Origin: Longimicrobiales bacterium
Lineage (GTDB): Bacteria > Gemmatimonadota > Gemmatimonadetes > Longimicrobiales > Gaopeijiaceae
Length of the DNA: 64,000 bases
NCBI GenBank assembly: GCA_965203485.1
Contig: OZ241892.1
Coordinates: 3,392,001 to 3,456,000 of the forward strand
Reading direction: 5' to 3'
Part shown: positions 11,401 to 19,465 of the stretch, in pieces
Layout: every line of letters starts with the position of its first letter
Position numbering within the stretch: position 1 is the first letter of the stretch
Notes under the pieces: generated by a model
Databases searched by the model: none
The model's input: the letters and a program-made list of their open reading frames with translations, nothing else
Told to the model about the DNA's origin: nothing
Position numbers and translations under genes: made by a program

Positions 11401-11426
11401 TGCAGGGCGCCGTTCGGCTCAGATAG
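5409..11426 (+). CDS. Large autotransporter-like surface protein: signal peptide, 10 repeats of ~125 aa carrying DxDxDG, cadherin/Ig-like domain, C-terminal beta-barrel (copy 1)
   Basis: Repeats with F.Y.VQ..D.D.DG...ANAL..NGG; NHAP...FRDPDGD.L.Y domain; barrel-like C-terminus (WGQA, YLGADY, LYPYVQW); start uncertain (5388/5409/5412/5478). Confidence 0.8.
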   Translation: MMTARAQAAMPGIRAEAGAVRAGMLFAVVLASSLVAALPGGAGAQSAAPAVQRIVFLGLEAGDSTYFRGEAVKVRVVFDKRVAVGTANGAPYLELAVGTATRRASFVRSKRNALDFSYMVQRADVDSDGVGVPAGALTPNGATIKAETDAATDANVAHGAVAGGLGRKVDGSKVRPPEVQRVLFTGPVAEDSTHYRGETIGVRVLFKEDVVVETAGGRPRVALAVGSRTRHAAMTQWRRNRIDFSYTVQTGDADADGVEIAANALGLNGGTVKSALDSATSAVLAHGRVAGGLARKVDGSKVRPPKASSVAFDNLPAGGDTYGYGERIVVRVAFDRAVVVSTAGGTPRLALKIGAVVRHAVLSDTAGTYTRLLFSYAVQGSDAAPRGASIGANALELNGGSVKAGADGATDAVLAHGAVAADAARKVDGRRGRPPKVDGVSFAGSAPGDSTYRHGDSIVVRVGFDESVAVDVANGKPQVALAVGTVVRQAVFSAHSGKTVEFVYVVQSADRDLDGASVGANALALNGGSITGAADGAVAAEVTHDAVAADATRKVDGRPRIVSLKFVGTEPTQGLYKFDETMLIQVHFDQKLTSERRIWLLAVVGTDTVRVPSRLRLRLGDSAIAFFHRVKREDRDADGVSVPKGALVLNGSTLKAASDGTTDANLEHGGLATDSSRRVDGSLTPTPRLRIRFANSPARGATYTRNERIRVFASYQVGVVVKGNPRLNLNVGTRTLQLAINATEGSNLIFEHIVQAGDVDADGISIPANALFLPSGTAIRSAADTTIAALLSNDSVSADPQRKVDGRRVDAANVQSIAVVPNPSRDDTYTRGEIFYVYVSFDRDVAVDTTAGRPRIALGIGNSTRYAAYSNPKPGKPWQQSFRYVVQAGDRDTDGISIPANALSANGGSITLPGDTTRAALSHGTASFRHMVNGNRASAPHVRALSIKAPLNGDTYLRGERIQVSAGMDRVPSVDTDRGTPQMAIQVGDSTRYAKYVSGLTYLRFDYVVQRTDVDTDGVSIAANALSANGGAITSPGDTTRAVLTHHAVQANWAYKVDGRRVDPAKIQSIAVIPHPSRDSTYTRDELIYVYVSFDRDVAVATTGGRPRIALAIGDSTRYATYSHLYGRYPSSRHVFRYAVQAGDQDADGISIAANALSANGGSVTAPDDTVAADLSHGPLAADSAYKVNGSRIGAPRVQAMWSLPPASGNTYVRGERIRMRVSFDRRTSADTVGGRPRLAIRIGDSTRYATGWNMPATGIVFDFVYVVQRTDVDTDGISVGANALSANGGSITLPGSTMPAVLAHDSMPADLSRRVDGRRTSIRAGRNHAPTVVAPIPARVVEVASDPAAEELSAYFRDPDGDPLAYSAVSAAQRVADVEIAGSVLTIRPLAVGRSVVTVGAADPGGGEAEQSFLVTVEASRSGRARILKRSLAAFGRAVGTETVEAIGGRLETADEPGAMGGPDVQVGGRSLACVGASGSRGCGLQELARQAAGLVGLRVSRGAGSLASLLHAVAEGGHDAGAVRGLVGAFGRPADAGAVNGLGTPHGFGAVGGSAAPGGFGAVDGRGVAHGVADAGGRGDSRRWGRLVSIDPLSRRRALARSSFRFSPGAAGRAVPGGWTFWGQANAGGFKGRPDDDLALDGTVRSAYLGADYRFGRGPLVGLALSRATSSIGFESGVAGAGAVDARLTGLYPYVQWSPRKGLSAWGLLGAGRGTASMSEDATGRRFETRMRMLMTAAGARRRLVGVLAFKADAFVVRTDAGELPDLPGVAATVHRLRLAPEIGGRWAVSERSSISSEVELGARFDGGDAETGAGAEAGARLAYAHEGAGLSVDVRGRALVAHQAAGFEDWGASVSVRLRPGRDEGGLSFALEPAWGNAASGTAALWRDGAVGGALGASLGRAPAGDAMEAAIPGWKASRINMETAYAIVLPDGGRVAPFGRLAVENGSGRRINVGIRLSTLGASADAAPKVRATIDLFGEHVSRGAEPADRRLGVQGAVRLR

Positions 11427-11430
11427 GAGT

Positions 11431-11578
11431 TGCCGGACCCTGCGTTCTCGTTCCGCGCTCCTTTCGCCGACAACGGCACGGCTTCCTTATCCTGCGAAGC
11501 CGAGCCGCATCTCGCCAGTCTCGCCCATCGCCGACGTGCGCATTCCCGGCCGACGGACCTCCTCGTGAATGCGACGGC
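11431..11578 (+). repeat. ~150 bp intergenic direct repeat R, copy 1
   Basis: Near-identical to 12825-12972 (tgccggaccctg...gccgagccgcatctcgccagtctcgcccatcgccgacgtgcgcattcccggccgacggacctcc). Confidence 0.9.
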
Positions 11579-11589
11579 GCCTTCGCCGG

Positions 11590-12720
11590 TCACCGCTTCT
11601 CGTAGCGCCGCAACCTCCGCGGTCCGACCTCGGCACCGTACACGTTGCCGTGCCGGTCCACGGCCACGCCTTCCGCCGCGCTCGTGCCCGTGCCGTCCGG
11701 ATCGGGCTCTGGATCGGGGATGAACGCGGTCACCCATCCGTCGCGCGCGCTTCCTATGTAGATGCCTCGCCGATAGCCGCGATTGCGCCGGGCGTTCGAC
11801 TCGGAGTCGGCGGCGTAGAGCACGTCGTCGGCGTCGATGAACAGGCCGCTCGGGCGCCCGAACTGCGTCCACGTCTCCAGATGCGCGCCTTCCTGGTCGA
11901 AGATCTGGATGCGGCTGTTGCCCCGGTCGGCCACGAACAAGCGTCCCTGCGAGTCCATCGCCAGCGCGTGCGGGTCGCGGAACTGTCCCGTGCCCGCACC
12001 CGTCTCTCCCCAGGCCATGAGGAACGACCCGTCCGGGGCCAGCTTGACGATCCGGTTGTTGCCCCCGGCGTCGTGCCCGTCCGCCACGAAGATGCTTCCG
12101 TCAGGCGCCACCAGCACGTCGGAGGGCTTGTTGAAGATGCCCTCGCCCTCGCCGGCGACGCCCTCGACGCCCAGCGTCATCATCAGCTCGCCGTCCGGGC
12201 TGTACTTGAGGATCGTGTGGCCCACCCCGGCCGGAACCGGTGCATACCCCACCGCGTCGGTGATCCAGACGGCGCCGTCGGCGTCCACGAACATTCCGTG
12301 CGGCCACACGATCTGGCCCGCGCCGAAGCTGCGGATCAGGTTGCCGTCGGGGTCGAAGAGCATCACGGGGTCCAGGTCGCTGCCCACGCAGAGGTTCGCG
12401 CCGCACCGGTCCGCGACCCAGATGTTGCCGTTGCCGTCCGGGTAGACCGCGCTGGTGGCCCCCCACTCCCGGTCCAGCTTGGCCCATCCGTCTATTGCCT
12501 CGTACGGGTTGGGAAGGTGGTCTTGCGCGGCGGCCTGGGTTGCGAAGCCAGCGGCGAGGAGGAAGGTGAAGACGGGTCCGGCGACGGGGCGGCGGGACGA
12601 TGTGCGGGGGGCGAGGCACGCTGCGCGGGAAGCGAAGGCGGCCGTCGCGAGCCATCTCGGCACAGTTGGCGTTGAGCCACCGGATCGGCGGCGTGGGAGT
12701 CCTTGCGTGATCATGGACAT
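11590..12720 (-). CDS. Secreted NHL-repeat protein (peptidyl-alpha-hydroxyglycine alpha-amidating lyase-like)
   Basis: NHL blades WPHGMFVD, FNKPSDV, FRDPHAL, VADRGNSRIQIFD; GGAGGA RBS before ATG 12720. Confidence 0.8.
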   Translation of the reverse strand: MSMITQGLPRRRSGGSTPTVPRWLATAAFASRAACLAPRTSSRRPVAGPVFTFLLAAGFATQAAAQDHLPNPYEAIDGWAKLDREWGATSAVYPDGNGNIWVADRCGANLCVGSDLDPVMLFDPDGNLIRSFGAGQIVWPHGMFVDADGAVWITDAVGYAPVPAGVGHTILKYSPDGELMMTLGVEGVAGEGEGIFNKPSDVLVAPDGSIFVADGHDAGGNNRIVKLAPDGSFLMAWGETGAGTGQFRDPHALAMDSQGRLFVADRGNSRIQIFDQEGAHLETWTQFGRPSGLFIDADDVLYAADSESNARRNRGYRRGIYIGSARDGWVTAFIPDPEPDPDGTGTSAAEGVAVDRHGNVYGAEVGPRRLRRYEKR

Positions 12721-12824
12721 CGTGGCGTCCTCCTGGGGTTGATGACGTCGTTGCCGTTGCGGGCGATCGCGGACTTCGGCGACTTGGATGCGCGACCAAC
12801 CCGTCGTGCGGCAGGGCCCGGCCC

Positions 12825-13075
12825 TGCCGGACCCTGTGTTCTCGTTCCGCGCTCCTTTCGCCGACAACGGCACGGCTTCCTTATCCTGCGAAGCCGAGCC
12901 GCATCTCGCCAGTCTCGCCCATCGCCGACGTGCGCATTCCCGGCCGACGGACCTCCGCGTGAACGCGACGGAGCCGATGACGGGAAGCCGACCGTGGCGG
13001 GCGGCGTTTCTGCGTGATAGCCGTCCGGCACTGCTGGGGGATGCGTCCTTGCTCTTGCGTGACCGAGTGCCTAGA
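12825..13075 (+). repeat. Repeat R, copy 2 (extended form)
   Basis: 12825-12972 matches 11431-11578; ~12887-13073 matches 14881-15093, including tagccgtccggcacYgctgggggatgcgtccttgctcttgcgtgaccRagtgcct. Confidence 0.85.
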
Positions 13076-13205
13076 ACCTGTCTCGAAGACCGAGGCGCTT
13101 GAAGAAAAGGCAAACCGCGAACGGCTGAAGGAACGCCAGGAATGGTGCGGCGGGGAAGCTGAGACGCGGGAGTTGGCAACTTGCCGGGATGAGGGGAGCC
13201 GCGCT

Positions 13206-14379
13206 TCAATCGTCGCAGGCTTCGGGGTTCGCCTGCAAGTGCTCGAGCAGAGCTTCGGCCGCCCATCGGTGGCCTTGATGGTTCCAGTGAAAGTCGCTAG
13301 GCCATTGGGCATCTCTCGGGCGACGGCCTTGGCGCACGATGTAGTCGAACTGGTCTACGACGGGAATGCCGCGGTCCTCCGCCATCTGCATCAGCCGCTC
13401 GAACAGCTGTTCGTCATTCATGCGCACGTGGTGAGACGACAGTATGACAAGTCCCCCCCCCCCCCCCCCCCCCCCCTCTCTCTCTCTCTCTCCGTTCGCT
13501 TTTGCCATTCGTCCAACGCGAACGCCGTCAAGTCGAAGTCGATTTCGCGTTCGCGCAGCGGCTCGGCGAGGACACGGCCCCCCCGATCATCGTACCTCGC
13601 AGCAAACCAAGGCACCGAGTACGGGCGCAAGGCGCGCGGGATGCGATGCAACAACCGTGCGGCGCCGACCGGCGGCGGTAGTCGCACCCGGTCCGGCAAG
13701 CGCAAAGCGATCCTCCCGTCCTCGGCGCGCTCTGCCCAAGGGGACCATCTGTTGCTCGGCCCCCCCGGGCCATTGTCGTCAAAATCGTTGTTGAAGAAGA
13801 CGAGAACGACCATCTTTGGACGACTATGCCGAATCCACTTGTCCCAGAACGGAAGTTGTTGCAGTTGGCCCGTGCCGGCATAACCGTAGGCCGCCGTGGA
13901 AACGTCTAGGCCCGGCAGGCTCTGGGCGGCCATCTCTTCGAGCAGAACGTGAAACTTTGCCGCAATCTCCACTTCCGTCGCCTCGACAAAGGAATCGCCG
14001 ACGACGGCCACGTGACATCCGGCCTGCGCCAACGCGGCGCTCGGCGGCTCCCGGTCCAAGAAGCCCAAGCTGTTCGTGTGCGACACTGTCCAAAAGTCCT
14101 TGAGGTTCGTCGCCTCGACTGCGGCGCCGGCCGCAAGGTGCACGCCCACTTCAGGCACCATCACCATGGGGCGAGTTCCATGCCCGAACGGCAACGACAA
14201 CCGCAGCCACGCTTCCGCGGCGACGGCGACGAGCCCCACGCCGCAGGCCATGAGAAGCACGTTCCAGCAGGCCACGCGAAGCACTGCCGACAGCGGGCGC
14301 GCAAGGATCAACGCTTTGGCCGCCGTGGCCGTGCCCGGCCCCGGTGTCGGCGGTTGCCCCGGAAGATCGTGGGACTCAT
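13206..14379 (-). pseudogene. SGNH/GDSL-like membrane-anchored hydrolase, frameshifted at a (GA)8-G24 tract
   Basis: Blocks VVGDSFVEA and VFFNNDF lie in ORF 13418-14479; catalytic DFHWN lies in a different frame (13206-13508); the frames change at the repeat tract; 5' end uncertain. Confidence 0.7.
13453..13492. repeat. Compound simple sequence repeat C24(TC)8
   Basis: Read directly: C run 13453-13476, then TC x8 13477-13492. Confidence 0.9.
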
Positions 14380-14789
14380 GACTTCCGGATTGAAGGAAGC
14401 CAAAAGGGATCGGCGGCAACTTTCGGCAACAGCAGTCTCCGTACTTGCAAGTGCGACTGCCTTCAAGCACCTGCGACATGTCGTGCAGGCCCTAAAGTAA
14501 CGAAACAAGAGACGCGGCGACACCTCTCCACCCCGTCGTGCCACGTCCCGGCTCGACTGGGCGACGGAAATGCGCCTTCGCGGCGACTGCTCCAGATTCG
14601 AACCAGAATCGCCGGGCGACGAGCACGCAAGGCGGCGACCACGCCACGAACTGAAAAGAGACGGATGCTAATGCCGACGGTTTGCGCACGGGTTCGCCTG
14701 TTTCGGTGGGGAAGGACATGGAACCGGGACGGAACGGAGGTGGCATGGGGGCACGGCGGGGGGTCAGAGCTGCCGCGCACGGAATGCGG

Positions 14790-14882
14790 CCGGCGTGCAC
14801 CAAGGCGCAACTGGAAAGCACTCCATCCCCCAAGTTGGTTCTGCGATTCGCGTACGTGGATCGAATGTTCGATCGCTTCCCG
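14790..14882 (+). pseudogene. Fragment of the 3' end of the 15606-16565 gene
   Basis: ccggcgtgcaccaaggcgcaactggaaagcac...gatcgcttcccg matches ~16422-16514. Confidence 0.75.
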
Positions 14883-15094
14883 CGAAGCCGAGCCGCGTCT
14901 CGCCAGTCTCGCCATCGCCGACATGCCCATTCCGGGTCGGCGGGTCGTCGTCGCGCCGTCTGTTGGGCGAGTTGCGCTTCCGCCGTGGCGACCGTACTTG
15001 GCGGGCCGCGTCTGCGTGGGGGGGGGGGGGGGGGGGGTAGCCGTCCGGCACCGCTGGGGGATGCGTCCTTGCTCTTGCGTGACCAAGTGCCTAT
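14881..15094 (+). repeat. Repeat R, copy 3 (diverged; contains G20 at 15018-15037)
   Basis: Aligns with ~12887-13073. Confidence 0.8.
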
Positions 15095-15135
15095 TGTGCA
15101 CCGTGCAAATGTCGTTCTCGACGAGGGAGGACGCG

Positions 15136-15590
15136 ATGAAGGCGCGGAGCAGGCGGCTGGCGACCTTAAGGGCGGCAGGATTGCTCGCGATGGCGGGTTG
15201 CGTGAACCCGCTTGCGATGGACGACGCGGGGGACACGCAGACCCTGCGAGTCGCATCGAGGCCCTGCGGGCGAAGTGGGGCCGGTCCGCGCTGCGGATTG
15301 CGAAGGGCTGCTCCGCGGGCCTCGCGTTGACCAGCGGATACCGGTGCCCGCACGGAAACGCGTCGATCGCTGGCGCGTCGCGAAGCTCCTATCACATGGA
15401 GGGCAGGGCGGTGGACATTTCGACCAGAGCGATTGTCGGCGCGGCTGGGATACCTTACGCTCGGATGACCCCGGATCAGCAGGTCGAACTTGAAATCGTG
15501 TATTTAGAACTGTTGAGCCTCGGTGGCAATATCGATGAGCAACCGTGGAATCGATACAAGAACGACCGCCGTTTTCATTTCGCCAAGTAG
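15136..15590 (+). pseudogene. Lipoprotein with C-terminal peptidase M15-like domain, internally deleted or frameshifted
   Basis: GGAGG RBS and MKARSRRLATLRAAGLLAMAGC lipobox in one frame; TSGYRCPHGN...SYHMEGRAVD...H M15 motif in another frame ending at 15590. Confidence 0.65.
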
Positions 15591-15605
15591 CGGAGGCACG
15601 ACGAC

Positions 15606-16565
15606 ATGAAGACTTCATTGTGGACTTGGGCCGCCGTCTCATTGACGGTTGCAACGCCGGCAGCGTCGCAGGAACGAGAGGCGTCGGCCAAGGAAATCGA
15701 GGCCCTGTGGCGAGCGGAGCGAACGACGGTCGAGAAGCTGAAGGCCGGCGACGCCGACGCGGAGCAAAGGATCGTCGACCTGCTGACGACGGGCGGTGAC
15801 GCGAGTTGGCACGTCGGCGTGGCGGCGGCCCTAGCGGTGGCGCCGGAGCAGAGATCGCCGGCCTTGATCGCGGGCATGATCGAGGCATTGCGGCGAGGCG
15901 TGGAGTGGAGCACCCGCCGATACGCGGCCGACTTGGGAACCGCGAGCCGCGGAGAGACGCAGAGCTATCTTGCCCACCAACTCTTGCTGACGGGCGACCC
16001 GGCGATCCTGCCTCCGCTGGCGTGGCGCGCCGCAGGCTTGTCGGCGGCGGTGCTCTACGAGTTCGGGTTGCAGGCCGTGCCGCACCTGCTCGATGTCGCC
16101 CTGTCGCCGCGGGCGACCGGCTTCGAGGCCCACAATGCGCTGTCGGTGTTGGCCAGCATCGTTTCGACGCACGGTCCGGGATCCTACGCAAAGGAGTTGC
16201 ACGAAGCGGTCATCCTTCACTTGGACGGGCCTCCGGAGGGTTACATGTCGGCCGGCAAGCACCGGTCAGGCGGGTTCCCGGACGCCCTGGAACCGGCGAT
16301 CGCGCTTGCCGGAGCGTTGCGGACGCCCAATCTGTTGCAGCGGATTAGGGCCATCGCGGCGAGCACGCCCAAGCAGATCGTACAACGGACAGGCTACAGC
16401 ATCGCCATCGCCGAAGAAGGACCGGCGTGCGCCAAGGCGCAACTGGAAAGCACGCCACCCCCCAGTCGGTTCTGCGATTCGCGCGCGTGGATCGACTGGT
16501 TCGATCGCTTCCCGGACTGGCGCGAGTACTCCTTGAAGGCGCAAAGCAAGAGGCCCGGCGGATGA
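15606..16565 (+). CDS. Secreted alpha-helical (HEAT-like) hypothetical protein
   Basis: GGAGG RBS, signal peptide, Ala/Leu-rich helical pattern; homologous fragments at 14790 and 21113. Confidence 0.65.
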   Translation: MKTSLWTWAAVSLTVATPAASQEREASAKEIEALWRAERTTVEKLKAGDADAEQRIVDLLTTGGDASWHVGVAAALAVAPEQRSPALIAGMIEALRRGVEWSTRRYAADLGTASRGETQSYLAHQLLLTGDPAILPPLAWRAAGLSAAVLYEFGLQAVPHLLDVALSPRATGFEAHNALSVLASIVSTHGPGSYAKELHEAVILHLDGPPEGYMSAGKHRSGGFPDALEPAIALAGALRTPNLLQRIRAIAASTPKQIVQRTGYSIAIAEEGPACAKAQLESTPPPSRFCDSRAWIDWFDRFPDWREYSLKAQSKRPGG

Positions 16566-17854
16566 CGACGCGAGAACTGACCGCCCTTCGCCAGCGGGCG
16601 AGGCGCAAGAGCATGAAGGTTCTGTGTCCCGCGATTGGCCCGGCCCGGCGCATCGCGGCCCGGTTCGCTCTCGCCTTCGCACCGGTCGCGCTGGCCGTCG
16701 TCGCGATTCTTGCCTTCGCCACCCCGGTCGCGGTCGCCGCCCAGGACGCCGCCCCGTTGCGCGTGGCGCCCGCCGCGGCCGGGATGTCGGCCTCTGTTCT
16801 GGAGGGCGCGGCCGGGCTCTATAGAGAGGCCGTGGAACGCGGCGACTTGGTGGGCGCCGTGCTGCTGGTCGCGAAGGACGGCCAGATCGTGCTGCACGAA
16901 GCGATCGGCTGGCGCGACAAGGCCCGGGACCTCCCGATGGAGCCCAACACCATGTTCCGCATGGCGTCCAACACCAAGCCCGTGGTCGCGGCGGGCGTCG
17001 CCATGCTCGTGGAGGACGGCAAGCTCGGATACGACGACTTGGTGCGCGAACACATGCCCTCCTGGGACAACTACCGGGCCGGCTTCATCACCGTCGGCCA
17101 TCTCCTCTCCCATTCCAGCGGCCTGCGAATCCCCACGCTCTTCCTCCAGCCGTACATGCAACCCACCGCCGAACACCCCGGCGCCCCCACGCTCCAACTC
17201 GAAGCCGCCCGCTTCGGCCAAGTCGGCGCCGAGGCCGTCCCCGGCGCCACCTACAGCTACAACAACCCCGGCTACAACACACTGGGCGCGCTGGTCGAAA
17301 TCGCCTCCCGCACACCCCTCGACCAATACCTCGACGACGCGCTCTACACGCCCCTGGGAATGCACGACAGCTATCACCACGAGCTGCCCGAGAAGCTCGA
17401 CGGCAAGCTCGACCGCATGTCCGTCGTCTACTACGAGCGCGGCCAGGACGGCGGGTGGGCCCCCGGCTGGACGCCCGGCGACTCGCCCCAAGTCCCCTTC
17501 GTGCGCGCGTCCGGCGGCATGATCTCGACCGCCCCCGACTACATGCTCTTCTGCCAGATGTTCCTCGACGGCGGCGAGCACGGCGGCGTCCGGTTCCTCT
17601 CGCCCGAGACGGTCGCCCTCATGACCTCTCCAAAGATCCGCACCACCCCCGCCTCGGAGGGTCCCCCCGCCTACTACGGCTACGGCTGGTCCATCTCCGC
17701 CGACGGCGCCTACTCCCACAGCGGCTCCGACGGCACCAGCGCCTGGATCGACCCGTCGAGCGGCCTGATCGTGCTCGTGTTCACGCAGACGCCGGGGGGC
17801 CGGAATCCCGTGAGGCGGTTCCGGGAGATGGTGAAGCTGGCGGTGGAGGGCTGA
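16562..17854 (+). CDS. Serine hydrolase, beta-lactamase class C-related family
   Basis: F.MASNTK (SxxK), LLSHSSG, YSYNNPGY (YxN), HSGSDG; ATGA coupling at 16562 (alternative start 16613). Confidence 0.88.
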   Translation: MTTRELTALRQRARRKSMKVLCPAIGPARRIAARFALAFAPVALAVVAILAFATPVAVAAQDAAPLRVAPAAAGMSASVLEGAAGLYREAVERGDLVGAVLLVAKDGQIVLHEAIGWRDKARDLPMEPNTMFRMASNTKPVVAAGVAMLVEDGKLGYDDLVREHMPSWDNYRAGFITVGHLLSHSSGLRIPTLFLQPYMQPTAEHPGAPTLQLEAARFGQVGAEAVPGATYSYNNPGYNTLGALVEIASRTPLDQYLDDALYTPLGMHDSYHHELPEKLDGKLDRMSVVYYERGQDGGWAPGWTPGDSPQVPFVRASGGMISTAPDYMLFCQMFLDGGEHGGVRFLSPETVALMTSPKIRTTPASEGPPAYYGYGWSISADGAYSHSGSDGTSAWIDPSSGLIVLVFTQTPGGRNPVRRFREMVKLAVEG

Positions 17855-18030
17855 GGGGGGACTCGACCTTAGACGCGGCCGATCACCGCCGCCTCCACGC
17901 CTCGGTCTGTTCTTCCAAGCGTCCCACGAACGCGGCCATTCCGTCGTCGCCGAGACCTTGCGCACGGACGCGTGGGACGGACATTGGTCATTGCCTTCGG
18001 TAGCCAAACGAGCCACCTGATCTTTGGCCA

Positions 18031-18456
18031 TGTCAGTTCACGTCCGTCGGCAAGCGCACCACGCGAACCGTCGCCACGTCGTACTCGCCCAACTCGACGT
18101 AGGCCGCCAGACCGCCGGGGCCGAACGCGTCCGGGACGACGATGCTCGGCGGATAAGTGCCCACGTACCGGCCCTCGGACGACAGCACGTCCAAGGGGCC
18201 GTTCGCGACTCCGTCTTCCGCGCGCCGGCGCACCCAGATGCGCCCGTTCCATGTCGTGTGCAGGTCCTGCACGACGGGCACTTCCTCGTAGAACTTGGCC
18301 TCCTCGATCTGCTTTCTGCGTTGCTCGACGCCCAGCCTGGAGACAATGGTCAGCATGTTGCCCCCGCCGCTGACTCTTCGGTCCTCGCCGTCTTCGTCCT
18401 CTGCGGCTTCGAGCGCTTTCAGTTGCCGCTCCCTCCAAGCTCGCTCGATGCGGCGG
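18031..18456 (-). pseudogene. 3' fragment of beta-propeller gene A2
   Basis: Apparently identical to 21997-22422; 5' two-thirds absent. Confidence 0.85.
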
Positions 18457-18492
18457 ATGAACGCGGGATCAAAACGGAGAGAGAGGGGAGCG

Positions 18493-18650
18493 GGATCGCC
18501 TTCCTCTTCTTCCCGTTAAGTCGGCTGGCATGCGACTTGCTGTTCGTCGCGAAGCGCCGGGGAGGTCTCGACGCCACGGGCACTACGAATCGAAACATCG
18601 AGCGCGCGAAGACGTTGCTCGTCGAAGCGGCGGGCGAGGTGCATGGAGTG
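18493..18650 (+). pseudogene. Joined fragments of an mscS homologue
   Basis: Pieces match ~47093-47148, ~47167-47196 and ~47604-47670, with the intervening sequence deleted. Confidence 0.8.
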
Positions 18651-18739
18651 GCTGCGGGAGCTGGCGCGGTCGTCGGAGATCGAGACGCCAACGGGCGCGG
18701 AGTTGGCGAAGCAGGACCGGAAGCGTCCGAAGAAGGGGT

Positions 18740-19137
18740 CCTGGGTCACAAGTTGGAGCAGGCGGCGGACCTGGAGCTGGGAGTGGCTATTCCGGTGGCC
18801 CGCGCCCTTGTCCGTTAAGGTTTCCGCGTGCTCCGAGGCGACCAGCGCCTGGTTGGGGCTACACCGCGTTGGTCGGCAAGTCCGCCTCCCAGGTGCAAGG
18901 CGATCTTGAGACATCGTCATCGCGATCCATCTTGGCGTCTCTCGGATCCGCCGCGCACTGCCAAGAGGTGCGGGCCGCCGTCGCCGTCGTTCTCGGTTTC
19001 TCGGACATGTCGAGCTACCGGCGGCTTGCGAAGAACGTGCTCGGCATGCCGTCTTCGTCTGTCCGAGGTCGGGGTGGCCGCAACTACGTGGCGACGGTCA
19101 TCGCCGAGACCTTTGCGCACGGCCGCGTGGGACGCGC
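18740..19137 (+). pseudogene. Deleted remnant of the ECF-sigma/AraC gene
   Basis: Matches ~24620-24840 joined to ~25330-25475 (ELGVAIPVARALVR; FSDMSSYRRLAKNVLGM). Confidence 0.85.
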
Positions 19138-19191
19138 CCCAATCCGGTAAGCGGTACTCCGTCGGCGTTCTTGGGCACGCCTGCTGCGGAC

Positions 19192-19232
19192 GTGTCCGAA
19201 AACGTCTCGCCTCTTCGGATCTCCAAGCGTTA
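19192..19232 (+). promoter_or_regulatory. Bipartite motif GTGTCCGAAAA-N22-AAGCGTTA (copy 1)
   Basis: Same two boxes with identical spacing at 23821 and 25563; lies upstream of RBS and ATG 19307. Confidence 0.55.
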
Positions 19233-19306
19233 AGGGCATGCAGCGGGCCGCGCCAAATCCGGTAGCGGTCCGCGATTCCCATCCCACAACCCTTTAAGAG
19301 GATTCA

Positions 19307-19465
19307 ATGGGACACGCATCGAGAACGATCTTCTCGGCCTTTGCGACGGCTGTCGTTGCTATGGCCTGGACCACGGAACCATCGGCTGGCGACGAGTTGC
19401 TGGAGACGGCGATGAGGCGCACGAGGCAACTGGCCGAGCACGAGAAGCCAACGGATCGGTGCTGA
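19307..19465 (+). CDS. 52-aa peptide with signal-like N-terminus (MGHASRTIFSAFATAVVAMAW...)
   Basis: Translated by hand; AAGAGG RBS; stop overlaps the GTG of the next gene; may be a deleted remnant. Confidence 0.45.
   Translation: MGHASRTIFSAFATAVVAMAWTTEPSAGDELLETAMRRTRQLAEHEKPTDRC

Noticed and set aside
12975..13075. Cobalamin riboswitch-like GGGAA element
   Set aside because: Conserved B12 box and GCAACTGT/GCCACTG core not found, and neighbouring genes are unrelated
13071..13090. CTAGAACCTGTC resembling an IS5-type end
   Set aside because: No matching opposite end or transposase found
14445..14460. Palindrome ACTTGCAAGT within an imperfect hairpin upstream of the SGNH-like gene
   Set aside because: Single occurrence; cannot be distinguished from chance
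11431..15094. Integron cassette array
   Set aside because: No integrase, and repeat R shows no RYYYAAC/GTTRRRY ends or attC-like dyad that I could find
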